A DNA stretch of 37,402 nt from an uncultured Nitrospina sp. (GCA_964510355.1 CAZEBI010000003.1:1-37402), one strand, 5' to 3'. Shown: positions 8,197 through 18,779, counted from the first letter of the stretch. Program-made: numbers and translations. The notes: generated by a model not told the origin, from the sequence alone.

Positions 8197-10365
8197 TCAA
8201 ATGGGTAGAGCGGGTTGTTTTTGAGGAAGGGATATTTTAAATGTGCTTCCCTTTTGCGGTGCGCTTGATACGTTGATGGACCCATGATGGCGCTCGACGA
8301 TTTTTTTGCAGATCGCAAGGCCTATGCCGGTTCCTTCAAAAGTGTTCCGGCCATGCAGTCTTTCAAACGGTTTAAAAATTCGTTCAAAATATTTTTTTTC
8401 AATTCCAATGCCATTGTCGGCAAGTTCAATCTCCCATGTTTTCGTTTCACTGAAATATGAACTGGTCAGCTTGAGGATGGGGTCAACGCCATCCTGATGG
8501 TATTTGAGGGAATTGGAAATCAGGTTTTGAAATAATATCTGGAGTTGGTCGGGGTCTCCTTCCAGAGTCGGCATGTTTCCTATCTGCAATGTCCCGTTGC
8601 ATTGCCTGATTTTATACTCTAAATCCTCTTTTATATTTGCAATGATTAAACCTATATCTATCATTTTACTTTGCTTGCGAATTTTAGAGATTTTTGAGTA
8701 TTCCAAAAGAGCCTCAATGAAGTCTCGCATCCGTACTGCAGCCTTTTGCATCCGAACCACGTACTCCCGGCTCCTGATATCCATGCTGAATTGAGTGTCA
8801 ACCAGACGGTCGCCGAAGGTTGTGATCTTGCGTAAAGGCTCCAGAAGATCATGGGAAGCCAGATAAGCAAAATCCTCCAAATCCTTGTTGCTTCGCTCTA
8901 ACTCATCCGTATAAAACTTTAAACGCTTGTCAGAATGTTTACTCTTTGTAATATCGGCTCCGTAAATATTTACATGCTTGCCACCCTCGATATATGCCAT
9001 CATCATCAAATAATGTCGCTCGTTTACCATCACCTCGACCGCCTTGCTCGATTGCGATGTGATCACCTCGGTAACCAGATGGTGCCAGGATATGGGCACG
9101 GTTTGACCCATATTAATGTTCCAGGTTTCCAATAATTGAGAGCTGGATTTATTTGCATACAATAATTCACCGGTATCTGAAATCCGCAAAACAGGTTGCG
9201 GGTTCTCATCGGGAAATTTTGACAGGGCTTTGATTTTTTCTTCCGTCCGCTTGCGCTCGGTGATGTCGTTGGAAATACCGCATATGGCAATAATATTTTC
9301 TGCATGATCTTTTATGGGAAATTTCACAGACAGATAAGTATGATATCTGTCTCCATGAGGTGCGTCTTCTTCCGACTCTAAAGGATGCCCGGCCGCGATC
9401 ACTTTTCGATCGTTTTCAATATGTTGCCTTGCCACGTCTTCCTGGAATATGTCGAGGGGGGTTTTTCCTGTGATATCTTGATTTTTGATACCGAATATTT
9501 TTTCGAATTGACGATTGATCATCAGGAACCGGCTTTGTGAGTCCTTGAGATAGATGACGGATGGGGTATTGTCAAAAATACTTCGCAGACTCGCTTCGCT
9601 CTCCTGCAGTTTTTTTTCTGTGCCCAGGTAAGAGGAAACGACCAGGGCCAATCCTGTGCCGTAAGCCATCAGGCGAAGAAGATGCCACCACCAGGCGGCA
9701 TCCCATAATTGAGAAAGCTCAAACAACACCCCCGCGGCACCAAACAAGGCGCAATGGAGGGCAAAAAGGTAATGGTTCCGCACTTTATCAGATTGATACC
9801 GAACGACAAAAAAACCGGAGGCAACTAAAAAACCGATTCCGCCAAGAATATTGAGCCCCCTCGCCAAAGGTGAAAACTTCCCCTGTACCACCATTTCAGG
9901 GATAGACTCGACAAAGAGTATAGATAAAACTCCCAAGGTGATTATTGTGAAAAACAGGGGCCAAGGCAGGCGTTCCGCCAGCGGAGAATCGCTGATTTTC
10001 CTTGGCAAACAAACCAGGGCGAAAAATATTCCCCCTGCAAACTGGGCTGTACTGTGCAGCCATACGAAGAGGTTTCCGGGAGAAACTACGGCATGAAAAA
10101 TATCCAGAGTTCCCATGCTGATTAAGGCGCATGCCATCCACACATGATGAGCTTTTTCGGGTTGGCGCGTTTTTTCAGTCAGAAGGATTCCCGCCAAGGT
10201 GAGAGCAATGAAACCGCCCAGACTTTCTATAACCGAATGCAGGGGCTCGTGCGGCAAACGCCAGTCATGAGCAAAAGAAACGGCAGCTAAACTCCCCAGA
10301 ACGGGTAGAGCAATGCCTGCGGCAAGAACGATCAGAATATGTGAAGTAAATTTTTGCGGACTCAT
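8197..10365 (-). CDS. multi-TM PAS-domain sensor histidine kinase
   Basis: About 250 aa of N-terminal hydrophobic region, PAS-like segments, H-box LASHDLLEPLRKI, and an ATPase region with DNGIGI and GTGIGLAICKKIV. ATG at 10365 is preferred over TTG at 10380. Confidence 0.85.
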   Translation of the reverse strand: MSPQKFTSHILIVLAAGIALPVLGSLAAVSFAHDWRLPHEPLHSVIESLGGFIALTLAGILLTEKTRQPEKAHHVWMACALISMGTLDIFHAVVSPGNLFVWLHSTAQFAGGIFFALVCLPRKISDSPLAERLPWPLFFTIITLGVLSILFVESIPEMVVQGKFSPLARGLNILGGIGFLVASGFFVVRYQSDKVRNHYLFALHCALFGAAGVLFELSQLWDAAWWWHLLRLMAYGTGLALVVSSYLGTEKKLQESEASLRSIFDNTPSVIYLKDSQSRFLMINRQFEKIFGIKNQDITGKTPLDIFQEDVARQHIENDRKVIAAGHPLESEEDAPHGDRYHTYLSVKFPIKDHAENIIAICGISNDITERKRTEEKIKALSKFPDENPQPVLRISDTGELLYANKSSSQLLETWNINMGQTVPISWHHLVTEVITSQSSKAVEVMVNERHYLMMMAYIEGGKHVNIYGADITKSKHSDKRLKFYTDELERSNKDLEDFAYLASHDLLEPLRKITTFGDRLVDTQFSMDIRSREYVVRMQKAAVRMRDFIEALLEYSKISKIRKQSKMIDIGLIIANIKEDLEYKIRQCNGTLQIGNMPTLEGDPDQLQILFQNLISNSLKYHQDGVDPILKLTSSYFSETKTWEIELADNGIGIEKKYFERIFKPFERLHGRNTFEGTGIGLAICKKIVERHHGSINVSSAPQKGSTFKISLPQKQPALPI

Positions 10366-10558
10366 GAGGCAACCTTTCAATTTTTCCGAAAATTTGCCCT
10401 AAAACAAGTCACTATTGGTCTTAATCTACTACTTGAAACTAACATTAATTGTAGCACTAGCCTGTTTTTTTGTAAATAGAGGGGATTTTTGAGCCGAGAT
10501 TTTTGTTCTCTTTATCGGTAGTTGCTTTAAGGCGGGCAAACTGGTATTTACTGGTGGT

Positions 10559-13500
10559 ATGGACCCAGCCAATTTTGTACATCTTCACCTGCACACATCC
10601 TATAGTTTGTTGGATTCTTCCATCCGACATTCTGCCTTGTTTAAAAAGGCGGAAGAGTTTGGTATGCCCGCAGTTGCAATGACCGACCATGGCAATATGT
10701 TCGGGGCGGTGGAATTTTATAATGCCGCCCGAAAACATGGCATCAAACCGATTATCGGATGCGAAGTGTATGTCGCACCTGAGAGCCGCCATGAGAAAAC
10801 TTCCAAGGATAACCTTAGGGATGCGTCGTATCACCTCATCCTTCTTTCTGAAAGCGAGAAGGGTTATAAAAACCTGTTAAAACTGGTGACCAAGGGATAT
10901 CTGGAGGGGTTCTATTACAAGCCGCGCATCGACAAGGAATTGTTGGCGGAATATTCGGAAGGGTTGATTGCCCTGAGTTCCTGTGTCCGTGGAGAAGTCG
11001 CCCACAACGTCAATAGGGAGAATGTTCCGCGTGCAACCAAGGTAGCGGCCCAGTATGCGGAGATCATGGGCAAGGGTAACTTTTTTCTTGAACTGCAGAA
11101 TCATCAACTGGAAAACCAGGACCGGATCAACAAGGAAATCATTGGCATCGGTGAAAAGCTGGAGCTTCCGGTGGTGGCTACCAATAATTGCCACTATATT
11201 GACAAGCAGGACTACAGGGCGCATGAAATTCTGCTGTGCCTGCAGACGGGAAAAACCATCAGCGATCCTTATCGTATGCAGTATCCTGCAGACGAATTCT
11301 ATTTTAAATCGCCGCAAGAAATGATCGCCCTGTTCAAGGAAACCCCTGAGGCGATCGAGAACACTTTGAAAATTGCCGAGCGTTGTGAACTGGAGTTGGA
11401 GTTCGGCAAGCTCAACTTACCCGAATACCCCATCCCGGAATCTTATACCCTCGAAACTTATCTTGCTGAACGCTCGCGTGAGGGTTTGGAAAAGAGATTC
11501 GTCGAGTTGGCGGGGCGGAAGATTAAATTTGATCGGGAAAATTATTTGAAAAGGTTGGACCGGGAACTGGGGATCATCGACAAGATGGGGTATCCCGGCT
11601 ATTTTCTCATCGTGTGGGATTTTATCCACTACGCCAAGAAAAACGGCATCCCGGTTGGTCCCGGTCGGGGTTCTGCGGCGGGCAGTATCGTGGCCTACGC
11701 CCTGGAAATTACGGACATTGATCCCTTGCAATACGATTTGCTGTTTGAGCGCTTCCTGAACCCTGAAAGGGTCAGTATGCCGGATATTGATATCGATTTT
11801 TGCATGAATGGGCGCGACGAGGTGATCAAATATGTGACCGAGAAATATGGCGGCAACCAGAACGTCACCCAGATCATCACATTTGGCAGCATGAATGCAA
11901 AGGGGGTTATCCGTGATGTCGGTCGGGTTCTGGATATGCCCTATGGTGAAGTTGATAAGCTGGCAAAACTGGTTCCCAATAAGCTGAATGTCACTCTCGA
12001 TGACGCGTTCAAGGAAGAGAAACAATTTGGCATATTGCGCAAGGAAAATACAAACGTCGATGAACTGCTCAATATCGCCAAAAACCTGGAAGGCTTACAG
12101 CGCCATTGCTCGACTCATGCGGCGGGTGTGGTCATTTCATCCAAGGCCCTGACGGAGTTTTGTCCGCTTTATAAAGGCGGTAACGATGATGTGGTGACTC
12201 AGTATGCCATGGGCAGTGTGGAAATGCTGGGCCTGCTGAAGATGGATTTTCTGGGTTTGAGAACTCTGACGGTGATTGACAATGCTTTGAAGATGATCAA
12301 GCAGTCGAAAGGTGTCGAGTTGGATATTGCGGCTATTGTCCTGGATGACCCTGCTACCTTCAAGCTCCTTTGCGATGCAAAAACGCTGGGAGTTTTCCAG
12401 TTGGAAAGTTCGGGCATGCGCGATCTGCTTAAAAAATTAAAGCCGGACGATTTTGAAGACATCATCGCGCTTTTGGCTATGTACCGACCGGGTCCTTTGG
12501 AAAGCGGCATGGTCGATGATTATGTCAAGCGCAAGCACGGAACGATGGAGGAAAAATATGACCTGCCGCAATTGGAAGTCATTCTTAAAGAAACGCATGG
12601 GGTCATTTTGTATCAGGAACAAGTGATGAAAATCGCCAGTGTGCTGGCTGGGTTCACCATGGGCGATGCAGACTTGCTACGTAGAGCTATGGGTAAGAAA
12701 AAAGTCGAAGAGATGGCCGCCCAACGCGAAAAGTTTATGAACGGGTCGCATGAAAAAAAAATCGATGCAAAAAAGTCTGAAAAGATTTTTGACCTGATGG
12801 AAAAGTTTGCCGGATATGGATTCAATAAATCGCATAGCGCGGCGTATGCACAGATTTCTTATCAGACGGCGTATCTGAAAGCGCATTATCCTCTGGAATT
12901 TTTTGGTGCTCTGATCACCAGTGATATGGATAACACCGACAAGGTATTGCGCTATATCCATGATTGCCGGGAAATGAAAATTACCGTGCAACCCCCGGAT
13001 GTGAATTTGAGCCAACGGAGTTTCTCCGTATCCGAAAATAAACTGGTCTTTGGTCTTGGCGCGATTAAAAATGTCGGAGGTAAGGCCATCGATAATATCA
13101 TCGAGGCCCGGCAAGGGCTGGGGCGGTTCACGACACTGGAGCATTTATGTGAAAATGTGGATATGCAGTTGGTCAACAAACGGGTTTTTGAAGGTTTGAT
13201 TAAAAGTGGTGCCTGCGACTGTCTCGGGCAAAGCCGGGCAGGGATGATGAAGGCGTTGCCGGCCTGTATGGAGCGAGGCCAAGGTAAACAAAGAGATCAG
13301 CAATTGGGGCAGTCGAGTATGTTCGATTCGTTCGATGTCGAGGAGGATAAACAACCGGATGTCATCGTAGAAGAATGGAGTGATGCCGACCGGCTCAAGT
13401 TGGAAAGGGAAAGCATTGGGTTTTATATCACCGGTCATCCTCTGGATGGATTTAGCCGAGAGTTATCCTGGTTCACAGATGCGACTTCAGCTTCGATAGC

Positions 13501-14014
13501 AGAAGCCGGGAACGGAAAATCCGTCAGTTTGGCGGGAATCCCAATCAAGCATCTTCCTAAAACTACCCGTAAGGGCGACAAGATGGGCATCATCACCCTG
13601 GAAGATTTGCAGGGCTCTGTTGAGGTGATCCTCTGGCCCGAAATTTATAGTACGGTGCTGGATCTTTTGTTGGCAGAAGAGCCGCTTCTTATAAAAGGGG
13701 AAGTGGATGCTGAAGGCAATATGCCAAAAGTTATTGCGAAATCGGTTTTTCCGCTTGCTCAGGCGAAACAGCATCATCAGGGCCGGGTCTTGATTCATTT
13801 CAGGACACCGGGGTTAGAGCGCGAAACCTTGATGGCGGTGAAGGAAATTCTTGCCTCCAATAAAGGTACCAACGACACGCGCTTGCATTTTGTTTTCCCG
13901 GATGATAAGGAGCGCGTGGTCACGGTGGCACCGGAACTGCGCATTCAACCCTGTGATGCAGTGATTGAACAGATTCAGGCCTTACTGGGAGAAGATGCTA
14001 TTTTGTTTGAATAG
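10559..14014 (+). CDS. dnaE: DNA polymerase III alpha subunit
   Basis: 1151 aa. PHP domain start FVHLHLHTSYSLLDS, plus GSAAGS, PDIDIDF and KSHSAAYA motifs. Confidence 0.95.
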   Translation: MDPANFVHLHLHTSYSLLDSSIRHSALFKKAEEFGMPAVAMTDHGNMFGAVEFYNAARKHGIKPIIGCEVYVAPESRHEKTSKDNLRDASYHLILLSESEKGYKNLLKLVTKGYLEGFYYKPRIDKELLAEYSEGLIALSSCVRGEVAHNVNRENVPRATKVAAQYAEIMGKGNFFLELQNHQLENQDRINKEIIGIGEKLELPVVATNNCHYIDKQDYRAHEILLCLQTGKTISDPYRMQYPADEFYFKSPQEMIALFKETPEAIENTLKIAERCELELEFGKLNLPEYPIPESYTLETYLAERSREGLEKRFVELAGRKIKFDRENYLKRLDRELGIIDKMGYPGYFLIVWDFIHYAKKNGIPVGPGRGSAAGSIVAYALEITDIDPLQYDLLFERFLNPERVSMPDIDIDFCMNGRDEVIKYVTEKYGGNQNVTQIITFGSMNAKGVIRDVGRVLDMPYGEVDKLAKLVPNKLNVTLDDAFKEEKQFGILRKENTNVDELLNIAKNLEGLQRHCSTHAAGVVISSKALTEFCPLYKGGNDDVVTQYAMGSVEMLGLLKMDFLGLRTLTVIDNALKMIKQSKGVELDIAAIVLDDPATFKLLCDAKTLGVFQLESSGMRDLLKKLKPDDFEDIIALLAMYRPGPLESGMVDDYVKRKHGTMEEKYDLPQLEVILKETHGVILYQEQVMKIASVLAGFTMGDADLLRRAMGKKKVEEMAAQREKFMNGSHEKKIDAKKSEKIFDLMEKFAGYGFNKSHSAAYAQISYQTAYLKAHYPLEFFGALITSDMDNTDKVLRYIHDCREMKITVQPPDVNLSQRSFSVSENKLVFGLGAIKNVGGKAIDNIIEARQGLGRFTTLEHLCENVDMQLVNKRVFEGLIKSGACDCLGQSRAGMMKALPACMERGQGKQRDQQLGQSSMFDSFDVEEDKQPDVIVEEWSDADRLKLERESIGFYITGHPLDGFSRELSWFTDATSASIAEAGNGKSVSLAGIPIKHLPKTTRKGDKMGIITLEDLQGSVEVILWPEIYSTVLDLLLAEEPLLIKGEVDAEGNMPKVIAKSVFPLAQAKQHHQGRVLIHFRTPGLERETLMAVKEILASNKGTNDTRLHFVFPDDKERVVTVAPELRIQPCDAVIEQIQALLGEDAILFE

Positions 14015-14067
14015 TGGGAAGCGTGAAAAATTTAATTTTTTCTGTTGCTTTTATCCCGTATCGATAT

Positions 14068-14105
14068 CCCCTCCCTATGAAAGGAGGGAGGCAAGTATTT
14101 CTTTT
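14068..14105 (+). terminator. possible intrinsic terminator after dnaE (also a hairpin-family module)
   Basis: CCTCCCT (14070-14076) pairs with AGGGAGG (14085-14091) and is followed by a T-rich tract, TATTTCTTTT. Confidence 0.4.
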
Positions 14106-14144
14106 CGGGTATCCAAGGGAAAAACTCATTAACCATGCAGGGTA

Positions 14145-14780
14145 CTATACAGATATCCCCGACTGGGACTGGGTTTTTCTGCCAATCTCTTCGATGATGG
14201 ATTCCGCGTTTTTTGTGTGAAAAGGAATTTTTACGCGCTCGCCATTTTTAGCGATGATTTCAAAGACTGTGATTTGCCAGATTGCCACAAGCAGGCCGGG
14301 AAGAAACAGGGGTCTGGTTACCCGCATGGATTCCACATCGTTCCAGGCGATGGCGGTTTTAGGTTGGAGCGGGAAATGCCAGCGGGAAAAATGCATGGCC
14401 ACGCCTTTTTTTCCCAGGGTCGTGAAAAATTTTCTCTCGAAAAGATCACGCACCGCAAATAAAACCTGCAAAACCTTTCCCAGCCCCCATAGCATAAAAA
14501 GGCACCCGCCAATGACCATGAAAAGTGTTGTCGCTGTTCCATAGCCGGAAAACAGAAAAGCGACCAGGAAATAGGCTACGCTCAGCATGAACAGGGGAAT
14601 TGGAGCCAGAATGAATGCACTGTAGAGCCCCATTCCGTATAGTGGCAGGCCGGTGGGAAGGGCCACAGTCACCCCTGAGCCTGCGTCCAGGAAGGTCGAA
14701 ATTTTTGCCTCTTCCTCGTTTTCCTTGATAAAGTCGAGCCCGATGGTGTAATCGGACCGGGACCAGTCTGAACGGTTCAT
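14145..14780 (-). CDS. hypothetical membrane protein
   Basis: From MNRSDWS. Contains two to three hydrophobic helices (LYSAFILAPIPLFMLSVAYFLVAFLF, LFMVIGGCLFMLWGLG). The remainder of the 498-aa track ORF is antisense to the peptidase gene. Confidence 0.6.
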   Translation of the reverse strand: MNRSDWSRSDYTIGLDFIKENEEEAKISTFLDAGSGVTVALPTGLPLYGMGLYSAFILAPIPLFMLSVAYFLVAFLFSGYGTATTLFMVIGGCLFMLWGLGKVLQVLFAVRDLFERKFFTTLGKKGVAMHFSRWHFPLQPKTAIAWNDVESMRVTRPLFLPGLLVAIWQITVFEIIAKNGERVKIPFHTKNAESIIEEIGRKTQSQSGISV

Positions 14781-14810
14781 ATCTTTCGTTGGTTCCGGGT
14801 TTATGCAATA

Positions 14811-16157
14811 ATGCTTTCCATTATAAATTTTTATACTACAGGAAATATGGACGTTACGGAATTTTCGTTGAGATATATTAAAGATGTTCTGCCCAACGGG
14901 TTGATGGTGGTGACGGTGGAAATGCCGCATATTCATACCTTGGAAGTGGCGATGTTTGTGCGGGCTGGTTTGCGATTTGAAACGGTGAAGAACAATGGCA
15001 TCTCTCATTTTCTCGAGCATATGATGTTCAGGGGCAACGGGAAATACCCCGATTCGATCTCCCTGAATATGGAATTTGAGAATATCGGGCGAGATCTTCG
15101 TGCCTCCACCCTTGGGGAGTACACGCAATACGGGTTCAGTCCACATGTTTCGCAACTGGAAAAAGGCATGGAAATTTTCGCGGAGTTTTTTGCTTCGCCA
15201 ACATTCCCGGAGATTGAGCTGGAGCGCGAGATCATTCTTGAAGAGTATTATGAAGAACTCAACGAAGAGGGTGTGAATGTAGACATAAACAATCAGGCGT
15301 GCAAACTGCTTTACCCCGGAACATCTATTTCCTGGCCTACGATTGGGACGGAAGAGACGATCAAAGCGATTACTGTGGAAATGTTGCAGGATTATTACAA
15401 CACGCATTATATTCCCGGAAACATGGTGCTGGCGGTAGCCGGGCCGGTTGAGCATGAACAGAGCCTGCAATGGGTGGAAAAATATTTTTCTGCGTTCTCT
15501 AATAATAGGGCTTCGATTTCTAAGAACCATTTTATCGGGAGTATTTCCGAGGAGCAGGCACGACCGCAGTTTCTCTTCCAGCATGATTCCGACAGCCAGA
15601 TTGAACTGCAAATATGCTTTCGCTCCTGCTCCTATAATCATGAGGATTTTTTAACCCAGGGGCTGATCAGCCGGATATTCGATGACGGTTTTACCTCGCG
15701 GCTACAGCGGGTGCTTCGAGAGGAGCGCGGCCTGGTGTATTCGGTGGAATGCCGGGCAACCAGTATGTCGGATATAGGCACGATGGATTTTGATGTGACA
15801 GTGCGACCAGAAAAACTCATTGAGGTTGCAAAAGTGCTACTTGAGGAAATTGACATCTTTGCCAGTGAAGGGCCTACGGACCATGAAGTGGCGCATGTGA
15901 AAAAACGCTATATGTTTGACCTGGATTCGGAGTTGGATGATCCTTACAAGCAGGTGGTCCGCTATGCCTTCCCGCATCTTTATTCGTACGAACTTTCACT
16001 GGAAGAAGAACAGAACCGGATCATGGCGATCTCGAAAGAAAAAATTATCGATGTTGCCAGAAGGACGTTTGTTGCGGAAAAAATGAGCCTGATTCTGGTT
16101 GGTCCTCATACCCCCGAACTAAAAGAAGAACTCACAAAACTGATCGAAAATTATTGA
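14811..16157 (+). CDS. M16 (pitrilysin/insulinase) family zinc peptidase
   Basis: HxxEH zinc motif HFLEHMMFRG. An alternative start is ATG at 14847. Confidence 0.85.
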   Translation: MLSIINFYTTGNMDVTEFSLRYIKDVLPNGLMVVTVEMPHIHTLEVAMFVRAGLRFETVKNNGISHFLEHMMFRGNGKYPDSISLNMEFENIGRDLRASTLGEYTQYGFSPHVSQLEKGMEIFAEFFASPTFPEIELEREIILEEYYEELNEEGVNVDINNQACKLLYPGTSISWPTIGTEETIKAITVEMLQDYYNTHYIPGNMVLAVAGPVEHEQSLQWVEKYFSAFSNNRASISKNHFIGSISEEQARPQFLFQHDSDSQIELQICFRSCSYNHEDFLTQGLISRIFDDGFTSRLQRVLREERGLVYSVECRATSMSDIGTMDFDVTVRPEKLIEVAKVLLEEIDIFASEGPTDHEVAHVKKRYMFDLDSELDDPYKQVVRYAFPHLYSYELSLEEEQNRIMAISKEKIIDVARRTFVAEKMSLILVGPHTPELKEELTKLIENY

Positions 16158-16167
16158 TCCCTTTTTC

Positions 16168-16947
16168 ATGAACAAAAAAAGCGTGAAGCCATTTGGCTTG
16201 AGAGTGATAGCCGTATTGTGGGCACTGTTCATCTCAGCCTGTGGCGCGAATGTTGTCGAAAATTGTTTGCAGGATGAAAGTTGTGGTCCTGCCATATCCG
16301 TGGTCAGCCATGATGGAGCCCTGCCGGTGAATCCGTATGATCCTTTTTGGGATGGCGTTGCTCAGGTCAAGGTGGAACTCGGTCCACAAATGATCACGAA
16401 CCCGAAATGGCCGAATCCTTCCACGCGAGAGGTGGGGGTGCGTGCCGCGAAAAATGCTTCGAGCATGGCCATCATGCTGGAATGGAATGACCCGACTCGC
16501 GACAGCAACTTTGACCATTCGGCGTTATATGTTGATAGGGCGGCGGTGATGTTTCCCGTTACGGCTGACGATGAGGTTCCCTTGATCACCATGGGTGAGC
16601 TTGAAAAACCCGTCAATATCTGGCAGTGGAAGGCGATAGGCGGAGAAAGAGGGCAACCGGGAGTGAGAGACAATCCGAACTCCCCGCTGGTTTATCAGAC
16701 CCTTGAAGATTTAAACGCGGAGGGTTTCAGCACCCTGACCGACCAGCGTCAGCAGAATGTAAAAGGCACGGCGGTGTGGAAAAATAATAAATGGCGTCTG
16801 ATTTTCAACCGCTCTTTGACCAACGCCAATGCCAATGACGTTCAGTTTGAACAATCGGTTTTGATGGCCATCGCAGTCTGGAACGGTTCCAATAAAGAAT
16901 TGAACGGACAAAAAGGCATTTCCGGCTGGCTTCTTTTAAAACTTTAA
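16168..16947 (+). CDS. lipoprotein with an ethylbenzene-dehydrogenase-type (EB_dh/DOMON-like) haem-binding domain
   Basis: Signal peptide plus lipobox (LFISAC). Pattern DPFWD..VKVEL, MLEWNDPTRD, AAVMFPV and NIWQWKA, as in the haem b subunits of type II DMSO-reductase-family enzymes. Confidence 0.55.
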   Translation: MNKKSVKPFGLRVIAVLWALFISACGANVVENCLQDESCGPAISVVSHDGALPVNPYDPFWDGVAQVKVELGPQMITNPKWPNPSTREVGVRAAKNASSMAIMLEWNDPTRDSNFDHSALYVDRAAVMFPVTADDEVPLITMGELEKPVNIWQWKAIGGERGQPGVRDNPNSPLVYQTLEDLNAEGFSTLTDQRQQNVKGTAVWKNNKWRLIFNRSLTNANANDVQFEQSVLMAIAVWNGSNKELNGQKGISGWLLLKL

Positions 16948-16965
16948 TATTTCTCTTCTGAGTGT

Positions 16966-17733
16966 ATGAAACCAAGTTTTGACATTGGCTCTTATTTCAA
17001 ACGCATTCAGTTTGACCTCTGTGCGAAGACAGATCTTGCCACCCTGCGTGAACTTCACAAACAACATGTGTTTTCTATTCCCTTTGAGAACCTGGATATC
17101 CATTATGGGAACCCCATTTCGTTAGAGCCTGAAAAATTATTTCAAAAAATTATTATAAACAAGCGTGGCGGCTATTGTTTTGAACTCAATGGTTTGTTCC
17201 AGTTATTGTTGGAACATTTGGGGTTTCAAGTTTATTCTGCCTCAGCCAGAGTCTTATTTGATTCGGAGGGGGTGCCACCGAGAAGCCATAGGCTGTTGAT
17301 TGTCGATTTAGAGAAAGATCAATGGCTGGTCGATGTCGGGTTTGGGGCTAATGGCTTGGTCGAACCGATTCCTTTAAAGGTTGGGGTTGAACACCATCAA
17401 TTCAAGGCGACTTACAAGTTAGAGCCCGATCAGGAACTGGGCTTTATTTTCAAAGCAAAGGAGAGCCAAGGCTGGGTCAGCCAATATGCGTTCAGCCTGG
17501 AGCGTCATCTCCCCATTGATTTTGTGTTCCCCAATTATTATCATTCCCACTGTGCCGATTCTATGTTTACAAAAAAGAAGATATGCCAACTGCGGACACG
17601 GCAAGGAAAAAAGAGACTAATAGATAGGAAACTGTCAATCTCAAGCAATGGTCAGGTGCATGATACTATTGCAAAGGATGAAGATGAATATTTAAAGATG
17701 TTAGAAAAACACTTTAATATAGAAATTGCATAG
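16966..17733 (+). CDS. arylamine N-acetyltransferase
   Basis: FENLDIH and RGGYCFELN (catalytic Cys), plus SHRLLIV and WLVDVGFG (His/Asp of the triad). Confidence 0.85.
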   Translation: MKPSFDIGSYFKRIQFDLCAKTDLATLRELHKQHVFSIPFENLDIHYGNPISLEPEKLFQKIIINKRGGYCFELNGLFQLLLEHLGFQVYSASARVLFDSEGVPPRSHRLLIVDLEKDQWLVDVGFGANGLVEPIPLKVGVEHHQFKATYKLEPDQELGFIFKAKESQGWVSQYAFSLERHLPIDFVFPNYYHSHCADSMFTKKKICQLRTRQGKKRLIDRKLSISSNGQVHDTIAKDEDEYLKMLEKHFNIEIA

Positions 17734-17743
17734 GGCGGGACTA

Positions 17744-18691
17744 TCAGGGGCTGGTGACTTCGGTGCCATACTTTTTTTCAAGATTGCTTTGGAACTTCTT
17801 CCAGGGGGCCTGTAAGGCGGGAACGAGTTTTTCTTTCAATTCATCCGGGACGTAGTTGATTTTATCTACGGGCCAGTCTTCCACCGCTTTCACATTCAGG
17901 TTTTCTTTTCCGTAAGGGATTTCCAGGGCTTCTTCAAAGCCATATACCAAAGCGCTTGAATAAACTTTGTGGTATTGCTCTTCGATGGTTTCTTCCGAAT
18001 GCATTCCGTTCACAAACTGTTTGAACAGGTCTTTGATGATGGGTTCTGCGTGCTCAACAAAATCGGGAGTCAGAGCGGAGTGCAGGGTGAAGTAGGTGAT
18101 GAGAACATCCTGTAATAAAAACTTAAGTTCGGCGCTTTCTTTTTTTGGTGGTCGGATGTTGATATTCAGAAGTTCCTTGAGGACTTTGACATTGCGGATC
18201 ATGTCGTAAATGATCGACTCTTCCCAACTTGCCTCATTCCATACAAAAAAGGCGCGTACGAAACTGGCTTTTCCCGCAGTGTCCCACATTTGCAGGGCGG
18301 TGGTGGGCCGCGTTTTGTTGGAATAGGGGATGGCTTCTCCCCAACGCGGGTCCATCAGATTCAATCCATAACGTGCAAACGTGGTGCAAAATGTTTGCTG
18401 ATAGATATTCATCAAGTGCTCAAAATTTTCTTTTTCATCGAGAGGACTGTCCTGCGGCAGGTTGACGATGGAATACAGGCGAGCGACATGGGTCTTGGCT
18501 TGTCCGTCATCCAGGCCGACCATATAGGAGCCGCCCCACATTCCGGCAGTAATGGGAACGCTGATATCATGCTGCTGTTGCATTTGCGCAGAAACGGATT
18601 CTCCAATGACCTTAAAAAGGTTGTGGAGATAATAAAGGTTTATTCGGTTGCCTTCGGGATAAAGATTCCCCGGTAGAATTTTGTATTGCAT
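17744..18691 (-). CDS. hypothetical protein (about 315 aa, no recognised family)
   Basis: Long ORF with ATG at 18691. The TTG start at 18724 in the track lies inside a hairpin repeat. Confidence 0.6.
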   Translation of the reverse strand: MQYKILPGNLYPEGNRINLYYLHNLFKVIGESVSAQMQQQHDISVPITAGMWGGSYMVGLDDGQAKTHVARLYSIVNLPQDSPLDEKENFEHLMNIYQQTFCTTFARYGLNLMDPRWGEAIPYSNKTRPTTALQMWDTAGKASFVRAFFVWNEASWEESIIYDMIRNVKVLKELLNINIRPPKKESAELKFLLQDVLITYFTLHSALTPDFVEHAEPIIKDLFKQFVNGMHSEETIEEQYHKVYSSALVYGFEEALEIPYGKENLNVKAVEDWPVDKINYVPDELKEKLVPALQAPWKKFQSNLEKKYGTEVTSP

Positions 18692-18721
18692 ATTGTCCGA
18701 GAGATTGTAAATCAACCCCCT

Positions 18722-18779
18722 CAATCCCCCTTATCAGGGGGAGGCACAGTTCCCCCCTGACAAGGGGGGCTTAGGGGGG
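18722..18779. repeat. two C/G-tract hairpin modules (hairpin family)
   Basis: CCCCCT-TATC-AGGGGG (18726-18741) and CCCCCCT-GACA-AGGGGGG (18752-18769), between the ilvD stop and the neighbouring gene start. Confidence 0.7.

Noticed and set aside
14781-15641. Upstream 287 codons of the 498-aa minus-strand track ORF (14145..15641)
   Set aside because: It runs antisense through the M16 peptidase gene, which has the HxxEH motif. The translation is Arg/His-rich and low in complexity. Only the part from MNRSDWS (14780) looks like a real membrane protein.
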